Source of the DNA: Macrostomum lignano
Taxonomy: Eukaryota
Direction of reading: 5' to 3'
Length of the DNA: 64,000 bases
NCBI GenBank assembly: GCA_002269645.1
Contig: NIVC01001545.1
Location: 1-64,000, forward strand
The notes beneath the pieces were generated by a model. It made no database searches. It worked only from the letters and a program-made list of their open reading frames with translations, and was not told the DNA's origin. The translations under genes and the position numbers were made by a program. Shown piece after piece: positions 1-10,506 of the stretch. Each line of letters begins with the position of its first letter. Position 1 is the first letter of the stretch.

Positions 1-790
1 GCAGATGTCAGAGATTTAAGCGCTACACGGTATCAGAGATATTAAGCGCCACAGGTATCAGAGATTTAAGCGCTACAGGTATCAAATATTTAAGCGCCAC
101 AGGTATTAGAGATTTAAGCGCTACAGGTATCAGAGATTTAAGCGCCGCAGATTCAGATTTAAGCGCTACAGGTATCAGAGATTTAAGCGCCGGCAGTTAT
201 TGTCAGATTTAAGCGCCACAGGTTTAGAGATTTAAAGGCGCTACAGGTATCGAGATTTAAGCGCTACAGGTATTAGATATTTAAGCGCCACAGGTATCAG
301 AGATTTAAGCGCTATACAGGTATCAGAGATTTAAGCGCCACAGGTATCAGAGATTTAAGCGCCACAGGTATCAGAGATTTAAGCGCTATACAGGTATCAG
401 AGATTTAAGCGCCACAGGTATCAGAGATTTAAGCGCCACAGGTATCAGAGATTTAAGCGCCGCAGATATCAGATTTAAGCGCTACAGGTATCAGAGATTT
501 AAGCGCCGCATGTCAGATTTAAGCGCACAATATTTAGAGATTTAAGCGCTACAGGTATCAGATTTAAGCGCTACAGGTATTAGATATTTAAGCGCCACAG
601 TATCAGAGATTTAAGCGCTACAGGTATCAGATTTAAGCGCTACAGGTATTAGATATTTAAGCGCCACAGGTATCAGAGATTTAAGCGCTACAGGTATCAG
701 AGATTTAAGCGCCACAGGTATCAGAGATTTAAGCGACGCAGATGTCAGATTTAAGCGCTACAGGTATCAGAGATTTAAGCGCCGCAGGTA
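1..790. repeat. ~24-bp tandem satellite (CAGGTATCAGAGATTTAAGCGC[C/T]A), probably in the first intron of TTC5
   Basis: Period 24 (CAGGTATC at 341 and 365). Many 22-26 bp indel variants. Runs off the left edge of the window. Confidence 0.95.
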
Positions 791-866
791 TCAGAGTGCC
801 ACGAAAAAAGTGATAATGGTCGGTGAAATTTGAATAATTATTCATTATACTTGTGACGCATTTCAG

Positions 867-3800
867 GCCGAATCGAGCTCCGATCGTTTGGCCGCCTTCC
901 AACAGGAAGTGGAGGCTCTGGTGCGATTCAAAGACGAATACTTTGCCCAGCAACAGGAGCAGCAGCAACGGGGCGGTCGTTCAGCGGCAGTTGAGGCTCG
1001 GGTTGAGCAGATCGCCTCCCGATACGCCGATGTCGGCGCCTCAATCAGCGGCCCGGACAGTCGCTGCGCCCACGCCCTGTCTATGGGCAAACTCTACACT
1101 GCTTGGAGGAATTCGACCAGCGAGCCTTGGACAATTTGACTACGGCCGCGAAACTGAAGCCGGACCAGCCGGAGGCCTGGCGCTTGCTCGGAAACCTACT
1201 GGAAACGGCGGGACTATCAGTCCGCTTATAACTGCTTCAACAGCGCATTGCAGCACGGCAGGGATAGCGCTGTGCTGCGCAATCTGTCCATGGTGCTGCG
1301 AGCTCTGCCGTTTGCCAGTGCGGCAGATCGGCTGGCTAAGGTGAGGAGAGTCTGGCCAAGGCTAAGGAGGCCCTGCAGATGGATATTAAGGTGAGGCGCG
1401 AGATTCTGTAACTCCTGTCTGGGCTGTGTGCACCCTGTCACATTGTCACCACAACCGGCGAGAGGCACACATAGCGTGGGGATCAAGGACTACTTAGGAC
1501 GGGAAAATACGTTTCTCGGAAAACTTTAAGAGGCAGGCTTTTCAGAAAGGCAAGACATCGAAAGATGAACTCTGGGTCTGCCACCTTTAAAAGCAATAAC
1601 CATTTTTTGTGCTGAAAATGAAAGCCTTCTATCTTCGTTATCCTTGGCAGTCGTACGCACAGGCTCACATTTACACAGGAGTGTACAGGGGCCCTGACTT
1701 TATTATATCGTTAGGCATGTACACTTCACTTGTGCTTTGGGGGTTGGACCTCGAGGGCGCTAATTATTTAGCCCCAAATGAATGCCACTGCACTTGGAAT
1801 CGAGCCTGGGCCGCTGGCTCATCATTGGCTATACGGCTCCCCTTGTAGGTAAAAAAAGGTAAATCTGTAGGTTGGTAAGAATAAGAACCGGATAACAGGT
1901 GAATTATATAACAGCCCTCTGTCTCACTCACTCGAAACAATTTCCCTGAAATGAGTTACCTCTGAAACAGCAAGGGGTTTGTCTACGTATCGTGCCTTTG
2001 ATAGTAGTATATTCTGCATCTATAGATTTGATTAAATTCTCATTTAATAAATCTACTTGCAATGCCGCAGGACGGGCGCAGCTGGGCGGTGCTTGGCAAC
2101 GCCTACCTGAGCTGCTACTTCACCAAGGACCAGTCCAGCACCTCCATGCGCTTGGCCATGTCCGCCTACAGCAACGCTATGAAGGACCCGGTGGCCAGCA
2201 GCGACCCGGATCTGCACTACAACTCTGCCATGGCGCACGTCTACCTGGATCAGTACGAGCAGGCGCTCAGCGGATTTCGGATGGCCCACAGGCTTGACCC
2301 TAGTTGGCCGCAGGCTCAGGTAATCTCGGATGCGGCAGTGTTGAGATGCTGGGAATAAAAAACATTTCGGAAATAATTGGAAGTGGAAGTAATTGATTGC
2401 ACCTGCCCTACTCGGCCAGATGTGCAACCGGCAGCTCAGCCGCAGCTATTGCGCGGCGCATCCAAGGACGGGGGGGGTCGTCACACACACCCTCAATTAC
2501 CCGGCACAGCTAATGCTGGCACCCATTTTACAACTGGGTGAACTGAAGCAATGCCGTGTTTAAGTGTCGGCAGTGGGTCGGGATTCGAACCCCTGACCTT
2601 TCAGTCTTAATTCGGCACTGTAACCACAAGGCTACACCCCTAATTAATTAGTCTTTAATTCAAAGATTATGGAATAAGAAAAGAATGCCTTTGATGAGGC
2701 TATAGGATTCTGAAGATCTCAGAAGATCTGTAAGTCGGTATGATGCTGTGTAGTGATGAGGCTGGTGCTATTTGATAAAAACTGGCTCTTATCCTGCAGG
2801 AGAAAGTCACCCAGCTGCCTCGCATGCTGAGTAGCATCCAGGACATCATCGACAGTCGCGGCCGTTTGAAGCCTCGCGTCTATAAATCCATGATGGAAGG
2901 CTTCGCCCAGCGCCGGGTCAAGGATCTCGCCCCTACGCTGGTGGCGGCTACTCTGACAGCCGAGGCGAGAGCGTCGCCCTCGCCGAGGTTCGTCTGAGCC
3001 AGCTAAAAGTGGGAGCCAACCCTGAGACTGTGCTGCTGCTGCGAGTGATCGGGCTGCCCCGAGCTGATGACCAGGTAGGTACTTCCGGCGGCTGCTTTTA
3101 CTCGGTTTTCTTTCGCACTTCCGGTTTTTACTTTAAGTAGCAAATTTATAATTTAGGTTGGTGTTAGAAGTAACAATGTTACACTTCCGGGTTGTATATT
3201 TCAGTAGCTAATTGATACTTCCGGGTTGTATATTTCAGTAGCTAATTGATACTTCCGGGTTGTATATTTCAGTAGCTAATTGATACTTCCGGGTTGTATA
3301 TTTAAGTAGTTATTTAATACTTCCGGTTGGTATATTTTAGTAGTTAATTAATACTTCCGGTTGGTATATTTCAGTAGTTAATTAATACTTCCGGTTGGTA
3401 TATTTCAGTAGTTAATTAATACTTCCGGTTGGTATATTTTAGTAGTTAATTAATACTTCCGGTTGGTATATTTCAGTAGCTAATTAATACTTCCGGTTGG
3501 TATATTTTAGTAGTTAATTAATACTTCCGGTTGGTATATTTCAGTAGTTAATTAATACTTCCGGTTGGTATATTTCAGTAGGTAATTAATACTTCCGGTT
3601 GGTATATTTTAGTAGTTAATTAATACTTCCGGGTTGTATATTTAAGTAGTTATTTAATACTTCCGGTTGGTATATTTTAGTAGTTAATAATACTTCCGGT
3701 TGGTATATTTCAGTAGTTAATTAATACTTCCGGTTGGTATATTTCAGTAGTTAATTAATACTTCCGGTTGGTATATTTTAGTAGTTAATTAATACTTCCG

Positions 3801-4973
3801 GTTGGTATATTTTAGTAGTTAATTAATACTTCCGGTTGGTATATTTCAGTAGCTAATTAATACTTCCGGTTGGTATATTTTAGTAGTTAATTAATACTTC
3901 CGGTTGGTATATTTCAGTAGCTAATTAATACTTCCGGTTGGTATATTTAAGTAGTTAATTAATACTTCCGGTTGGTATATTTTAGTAGTTAATTAATACT
4001 TCCGGTTGGTATATTTTCAGTAGTTAATTAATACTTCCGGTTGGTATATTTCAGTAGTTAATTAATACTTCCGGTTGGTATATTTTAGTAGTTAATTAAT
4101 ACTTCCGGTTGGTATATTTTAGTAGTTAATTAATACTTCCGGTTGGTATATTTCAGTAGTTAATTAATACTTCCGGTTGGTATATTTCAGTAGTTAATTA
4201 ATACTTCCGGTTGGTATATTTCAGTAGTTAATTAATACTTCCGGTTGGTATATTTTAGTAGTTAATTAATACTTCCGGTTGGTATATTTCAGTAGTTAAT
4301 TAATACTTCCGGTTGGTATATTTTAGTAGCTAATTAATACTTCCGGTTGGTATATTTCAGTAGCTTATTAATACTTCCGGTTGGTATATTTAAGTAGTTA
4401 ATTAATACTTCCGGTTGGTATATTTCAGTAGTTAATTAATACTTCCGGTTGGTATATTTCAGTAGTTAATTAATACTTCCGGTTGGTATATTTCAGTAGT
4501 TAATTAATACTTCCGGTTGGTATATTTCAGTAGTTAATTAATACTTCCGGTTGGTATATTTCAGTAGTTAATTAATACTTTAGGTCGGTATATTCAACTA
4601 GTTAGTTGATAATTCGATAGCAGAAAACGTTTACAAAATTTTCGACCGTGTTTTGTTAAAATTTAAACTTTCAACCGCTCCATTAGGTTTGCCTCTCGTA
4701 TGCGCAATGGACTCAGACGAAGCCTGCTCACTCGTCAACATATTCAATATCTCGGCGGACCGAGGCCTCACAGTCGGCGACGCCATGGCGATCCCGGAGC
4801 CCACGCTAAGCAGGTTGGATTTCGCTGACAGCGAGACGGGCCGGAAGTTCCAGTTCCCAATAGTGCGGGTGCCCTCGCCAGACTGCCTGGTGGTGAATGG
4901 CAAGAAGGCCAAGGCCAGTGCATGGCGCAGCGCCACCGTGTTCTCATCCCAGGTGTCCAGCTCGTCCACCTGA
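867..4973 (+). CDS. TTC5: Tetratricopeptide repeat protein 5 (TTC5/STRAP) orthologue; first exon lies outside the window; four frameshifting indels as assembled
   Basis: Exons 867-1390, 2071-2319, 2800-3078, 4687-4973 with AG/GT boundaries. Peptides EAWRLLG-TYWKRRDYQSAYNCF, LRNLSMVLR, ALQMDIK|DGRSWAVLGNAYLS, SSDPDLHYN, LDPSWP, GDAMAIPEP and LVVNGK follow my recollection of human TTC5 (EAWNQLGEVYWKK, LQNLSMVLR, VQMDVHDGRSWYILGNSYLS, SSNPDLHLN, LDPAWP, GDSVAIPEP, LVVNGK). Frame changes near 1098, 1192, 1343 and 2930-2933. Confidence 0.9.
2395..2640 (-). mobile_element. tRNA-derived SINE, copy 1
   Basis: Minus strand has A-box-like TAGCCTTGTGG and B box GGTTCGAATCC. The body CATTGCTTCAGTTCACCCAGTTGTAAAATGGGT is shared with copies at ~8100, ~37260 and ~44225. 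Confidence 0.8.
3180..4580. repeat. 34-bp tandem satellite (~41 copies) in the last TTC5 intron
   Basis: Unit TAATACTTCCGGTTGGTATATTT[C/T]AGTAGTTAAT. Period 34 (ATACTTCCGG at 3317 and 3351). Confidence 0.97.
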
Positions 4974-5109
4974 GCTCGGCTTGGACTGTCCTCAGGCGCG
5001 GGAAGTTCTTGCCAATTGGCTGCAAGAATGAATCGATTGATTGTCCTGTGAATTCTAAATCCCAATGTCCTCAGATTTCCGGCCTTCTCCCAGTTCCACA
5101 ACACTTAAA

Positions 5110-5350
5110 GCCTCATCACTCCTAGCCTCATCACTCCAGCCTCATCATTCCCAGACTCCCAGCCTCATCATTCCCAGAAATCCAGCCTCATCACTGCCAG
5201 GCCTCCAGCCTCATCAACCCTGACTCATTATTTCCAGCCTCATCAATCCCAGACTCATCCTCCCAACCGCAACTCCCAGCCTCATCACTCCCAGCTTTAT
5301 CAACCCAGCCTCATCACTCCCAGCCTTATCACCCCAGCCTCATCACTGCC
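5110..5350. repeat. Degenerate short tandem repeat (CCAGCCTCATCA core)
   Basis: More than ten irregular copies of CCAGCCTCATCA downstream of the TTC5 stop codon. Confidence 0.8.
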
Positions 5351-6763
5351 AGCACAATCGCTTTATTCGATTGATAGTAAATTCCAGAAAACCAGTTTTT
5401 AATACTTGTCACCGCCCTATAAAATCTCTCGATAATTCCCAGTTAGCATGCTATTGCTGCATGCAAGCACTTGAGCCACTGGAATTTTTATTCCTTTTGC
5501 AGAAACTTGCAGAAATCTCAACTTTCCATTGTGTATTGCCTGATTAACTTTACTACGAGCTAGAACTTCGTCACCCACTTACTCTGCACTTTGTTGCTTA
5601 TGCTTATCTTTGTATCGTATTTTCTCGTTTTGCTTTTGCTCTAAGCTGAGCTTATACAATACATGCCTTGTGGCAGTCATGCTATTTTTGCTTTTCCATT
5701 TTCATATTTGTACCGTCCAGTTGTACGTAGAGCGTGAATGATTATCTTTGTTATTTGCTGTTTGCTGTCTTGTTTAATTTTGTTACTAACAGAGAAGTTA
5801 TCACTTGCCCTGTGTGATGATTTGCAACTCGCTTGACTTCCTGGTTTTTTCATGTGCGTCATCAAAAATTTGCTGTTCCTGAAAGCCAACATTGCATGCT
5901 GGGCATAGATGTTTAGCCTTATTTCATTACCTTTTGCTTGTATTTATTTAGGTAGTAAATAAAAGAGTTTGTTTCGATTTCTATTTGATGTGAATGCATT
6001 AGACTAGCGCACAAGTATTTTTTCATTTGGATCCTTTAGTAACCAGATTAGCTATTTGAAGCTAAAAGTTCAGTTAGTTTAGAAATCTACAAAGAAGTTA
6101 AACTAAGACATAATTTATAGCTACCTACCATTTGAAGCAGCCGTAAAATTGACTCTTCTCTTCTACTCGTCATGTTGACAACCCGTTATTGTAGCCAAAT
6201 ATACCCGGTAGATAATAAATAAGAACCATCTGGAAGCTTTCAGATCCTCAAAATACTATCTGAGTATTATTTTAGGTATTATGTCTTTTATTGGGTAAAA
6301 TTTATTTGTGTCTTACTAGTTTTTAAATCAAGGACCACTAGAAGTACATCAGGACGCTACAGTCAAAGATCGTATAATTTTTGGAGGCCGATTTCCGTAA
6401 AAAATGCACTGCAGAGATAGGAAAAAGCAACTCTTTTTTTATATAGTTGTGCAGTGAAAGTTTTGTTTTTACATTTTTATAAGCCCGAAGTTGTTAACAC
6501 TCACAAGTTGAATTACGAGCGTAGTTACATAAAATACACCAGAGCAACATGCTGTTCATGCTAAATTAAAAGAATGCTAATCTTCACTAATCCAGATCAA
6601 ATGCAATCATTGATTTTGTAATGAGCCTTCAAAAGAATTACACGATCTTTGACTGTAGCGTCCTGTTGTACTGCTAGTGGTCCTTGATTCAAATCAGAAC
6701 TTTACCGAAAGCGAACCCATCCAACCTGCTCTCTTTACAGAAGACTTGCATTTTTTGAGAAAC

Positions 6764-8032
6764 ATGGACGGTCAAAGCAGCAATGCGACTTCCGTCGGTA
6801 CAGAGCAACTCGAAACGGCGTCAACTTTGAGTGAACGTCAGCGAGACCAGATCCAGCATATTAGTCGGTATAGAGATGTGCTTCTTCTAAGACTTGAATC
6901 CATGCAGATAAACCAGGCTGGCCAGCCGCTCAGTCTTCGGCATTTAAGCAACGTAGTTGACTGGCCAGAGTATTACGTTCGAGTCCAGACTGGCTCTAGT
7001 AAAGTAGACGAGTTGATTGCAGATTTAGATAAGTTTTTCGGCGCCAGTCTGGCTCAGCTGAATCAGGTGCGCGATGAGGCCAGACAGAAGCTGGCAAGAT
7101 TTTTTCCGAGCTCAGTGGAAGCGGAGCAGCTTGAGTTGCGCATGTTCCAGCGTCTAAGATCTTGTCAGGAGGCCAACGAGTCGAATTTCGAAGAAATCTA
7201 TCAATTTGCAATGGTCGCTCTGTGCTCATTTCTGCACTGGCTGCAGCCGTCGCCTTGGGAGCGTCGGCAGCAACTTAGCAAACGAATGCGCTGGCTTCAC
7301 GAGCAGTACCAGGACACCATCAAGCAGCGCATTGACGCAGAGTATCGAAGCAATCCTTTCTATGCTCAGACGCTTCAGAGGTTGTGCCTTGTGTTAAAAG
7401 CGCCGGATTCTTTCTTGGAGAAGCGCTCATACTCCGAGGGCATTGTCGGATCGGTTGATCGTCTGGAAGCGTTTCTGCAAAACTTCTCCAATCAGACGGC
7501 TGAGCAGCGCCTTAAAGACCAGCTGATCTGTCGGATGCGGATTTTCCATCGGCAGCACGGAGATTATATCAGAAAGCGCATGGAAACTAGCAGTATTAGC
7601 CCGGTCGTCTTGGACAAGCTTCGTAAAATGCTCGCCGACTTTGAATCACCCGAGTCATTTTTCCTCCATTATAAAGACGATTTGGAAGCCATGCAAAAAA
7701 TGCTGGATCGATCCGAGTCCACTCTTGAAGCCGTATTGCCGGACAAATTGCATCCGAGCTTGCGCAAAGTCCGCACAGAGGCTCGCGCGAAATTGGCGCA
7801 ATTGTATCGGAGTCCCGCACTTGGTGACTACTATGTAGACCTGCTGCTCAAGCTGTACCCGAAACCAGAGAAGCTGGAGACTCACCTGTACAACCGGTGT
7901 CGAAGGGTTACATCGGACAGTGCCGAGCTGGTTTTATACGAGCGATACATGAAGAATCTGCTGATTGTGCTCAATGGTCGCTGGCATGAGAGCCTGTTAA
8001 GACCGCTTCTAATCGAAGAACGCGAGCTTTAG
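6764..8032 (+). CDS. MED15-derived protein A (~422 aa, single coding exon): central-domain / KIX / central / central / KIX modules, no polyQ, no MED15 C-terminal domain
   Basis: Uninterrupted ORF with ATG at 6764 after a CTCTTTACAG acceptor. Segments align by eye to the local MED15: VRTEARAKLAQLYRSPALG...KLETHLYNRC vs VETRRKLANLYRSPAPG...QLEDHVFRRC, and RMRIFHRQHGDYIRKRME...KLRKMLADFESPESF vs RMRQLHQQHSETVRARME...KLRQICNILETPENF. Confidence 0.8.
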   Translation: MDGQSSNATSVGTEQLETASTLSERQRDQIQHISRYRDVLLLRLESMQINQAGQPLSLRHLSNVVDWPEYYVRVQTGSSKVDELIADLDKFFGASLAQLNQVRDEARQKLARFFPSSVEAEQLELRMFQRLRSCQEANESNFEEIYQFAMVALCSFLHWLQPSPWERRQQLSKRMRWLHEQYQDTIKQRIDAEYRSNPFYAQTLQRLCLVLKAPDSFLEKRSYSEGIVGSVDRLEAFLQNFSNQTAEQRLKDQLICRMRIFHRQHGDYIRKRMETSSISPVVLDKLRKMLADFESPESFFLHYKDDLEAMQKMLDRSESTLEAVLPDKLHPSLRKVRTEARAKLAQLYRSPALGDYYVDLLLKLYPKPEKLETHLYNRCRRVTSDSAELVLYERYMKNLLIVLNGRWHESLLRPLLIEEREL

Positions 8033-8094
8033 TATCGTAGCTACGCTCGTAGTTTGCGCGACTTGGTAATTGGGTTTCTTAGGCCTAATGGAGA

Positions 8095-8331
8095 GATGTG
8101 CAACAGCTCAGGCGTAGGTTTAGTGTGACGCATCTGAAGGCTGTTTACGGCTGTTCAGTCAAAGGACCGGGATAGGGGGTCGCCGCACACACCCTCAATT
8201 ACCTCAGCTAATGCTGCTGGCACCCATTTTACAGCTGGGTTAAGTGTCATGCTTGTTTCAAGTCGGTCAAGAATCGAACCCCCGACTTTTTAGTCGTGAG
8301 TCCGACGTTCTAACCACTAGGCTACAACCCC
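8095..8331 (-). mobile_element. tRNA-derived SINE, copy 2
   Basis: Minus strand GTTGTAGCCTAGTGGTTAGAACGTCGGACTCACGACT...GGTTCGATTC, followed by the shared SINE body. Confidence 0.75.
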
Positions 8332-8334
8332 CAA

Positions 8335-8480
8335 TTGATAATATATATATATATTATTATTATTATTAATATTATTATAATATTAATAATATTAATATTA
8401 ATAATATTAATATTATTATTGATAATATATATATATACAGTTCAGGTATTATATATATTATATTATATATATATAATACC
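8335..8480. repeat. AT-only low-complexity tract ((TA)n/(TAT)n)
   Basis: Sequence is almost entirely A/T. The 8335-8595 ORF is an artefact of it. Confidence 0.85.
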
Positions 8481-9419
8481 TGAACACTATTCGAATACAT
8501 GTATATTGAAATCTACTGATCTTGTAGGTCATTGTTATAAAATAAGATTTTATCTTGATTCTGGGATTTTGATCGTTTTGCACGCCGATAGCTGAACACG
8601 TCTGCGAAGTGTTATTTGTGCTCACCACAAAACGTACTCGTTGTCGAAGTCTGCTAAAACTGGCAATTGAAGTTACGCAAAGAAACCAGCTTCTAATCTG
8701 CGGGGTCTATCAGTGTGCATTTCTACTGTTGGTGTAAAATTCTGTTGCCTTTGATTGCTTTTATTGCATTCATTTATCCACTTTTATTCGAAACTAAGTA
8801 CGAAATTTTGACTGGCGCTCAGACTTTATTAATCAGTAAAGCAAAGTTTTTTCAGTTTCCGCATTTCAACACTGCCGCTCAAGTTTAACGCTTGTATGCA
8901 ATTTTGTAGTTTTCAGAAAATAAAAAATGACTAAACTTGTTTGCTCTTATCTTTGATAATTTTTCTTGTTTTTCTTTAAATTGATTTCAAACCAACATAC
9001 TAGGATAGAAAAATGGAAGTGCTAGACTGCTCTACATTTCTTAAATAGAAAGATACAGTCAGTTAATAAAATTATTTCTTTTAAAAATTCGGAAGCGAAC
9101 TATACTAACGACGTTTTTAGCTATATGAAAAGATTAAAAAATTGTTATGTAATCCTGGGTCCAAACCTAGGAATTTATAGATCGTATATTCACTACATAG
9201 GCCACTATATTTACTACTTGGGCGCGTCAATAGAGTCCTAGGGGTGTTTGGGGTTAGGTCGGGGTTCGTGGTCGGGATTAGGGGTCGGGGTTCCCGATAA
9301 ATGTTCGGGATCGGGGTTCGGGACGGGATTTTGGACCGGGATTTCGGGGTTTTCGGGGTTTCGCAAATTTTCTGAATTCCCATAGAACTACGAAAAAATC
9401 CTTATGAATTAGCTTTTTT

Positions 9420-9677
9420 CGTTTTTATCGTGATCGCTTAAGGCTTACGACGCTTAAATCCAAAGCTTTATTTAATGCTTTTCTGTGGTCGTAAGTTTCG
9501 TTAATAACATTTATAAATACGCGCTCTTTCAAATACTATATTGCAAAACTCGTACGATCGTGCTTAAATAACTTTTGCATAAATATTGCCTTCTATTCTT
9601 GAATTACTCTTAAATACACTGAAATATATTGGCCAAACAGGCTTCTTGCCTGAGCCAAACTTACTACTACTACTACT
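9420..9677 (+). mobile_element. 5'-truncated LINE 3' end related to the RTEX-like element ending at 55582
   Basis: ATATATTGGCCAAACAGGCT..TTGCCTGAGCCAAA plus a (CTA)n tail at 9622-9677 matches 55522-55582. The upstream CGCGCT..TTTCAAATACT..ACTCGT block is also shared. The left boundary is approximate. Confidence 0.75.
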
Positions 9678-10307
9678 GTGCACGTGCATATTTCAATACA
9701 TACTTTACATGACTGACTTAGCTTTTGACACGTGCCGTGCCGTCCATAAACTGCGATGATTATCAAGTCAAAAAGAGTTTTCTAGCTTATTTAAACTCGT
9801 TAACTATTACTATTAGCTAGCTTAAAAATATTTTTTAAACTTATGGTATAGGATTAGTACTATTACTACTATTATTTTTCTATAATTAAGTTTATATGTT
9901 TTTAAGGTATTGTTTCTTAGAAAAAGATTTAGAATCTTAAGAATTTTAAGAATCATAGAAATGTTTGAATTTATAGACCTATTCTTCAATAGAGGGTCAT
10001 ATCTCTATTAAAAAACAGGGTTATAAAATAAAATCCCCCAATAATGTCCCCAGGTCCTAGATAGATGATCCGATGAGGTTATCGGGGTCGGGATTAGGGT
10101 TCGGGACGGGGTTCGGATTCCCAAAAGATGTTCGGGATCGGGGTTAACCTGGAACCCCGAAAAAAAAACGCCATCCCGAAGACCCCTACAATAGACCCAT
10201 GTATTTCTTGAAAATTTTAGCGACCACCGTCTACTTAGATATAGTTTAAGTTCAGTAGTTTGAGCGATAAGTGCGTACATTATTGTGCTATAATTTTCCG
10301 ATCCACA

Positions 10308-10506
10308 TGTACTCAGCAACATTGAAAATTCGCAACTCTATGCACCACCAGTGAGCAATTTCTCTTGGACTATTGTGAAATAAAAGATACGAGAAAACTG
10401 ATCGGGGTAGCTTTGATCCGTCCGACAAGTTGCGTCACTAGCAAAGAATTGAGAGACTTTACCTGCACTCTCAAAAGTTTTCGATTTTTCGATATTTTTG
10501 AGTATA
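10308..10506 (-). mobile_element. MITE-like element, internally shorter inverted copy of 20135-20413
   Basis: AAAAGATACGAGAAAACTGATCGGGGTAGCTTT...TTGAGAGACTTTACCTGCACTCTCAAAAGT is the reverse complement of sequence at 20190-20345. Ends are TACTCAG...TGAGTATA. Confidence 0.65.

Noticed and set aside
3180-4580. CRISPR-like array (34-bp repeats; also the 40-bp array at 39058-41275)
   Set aside because: Units are head-to-tail with no unique spacers, no cas genes are present, and the context is a eukaryotic intron.
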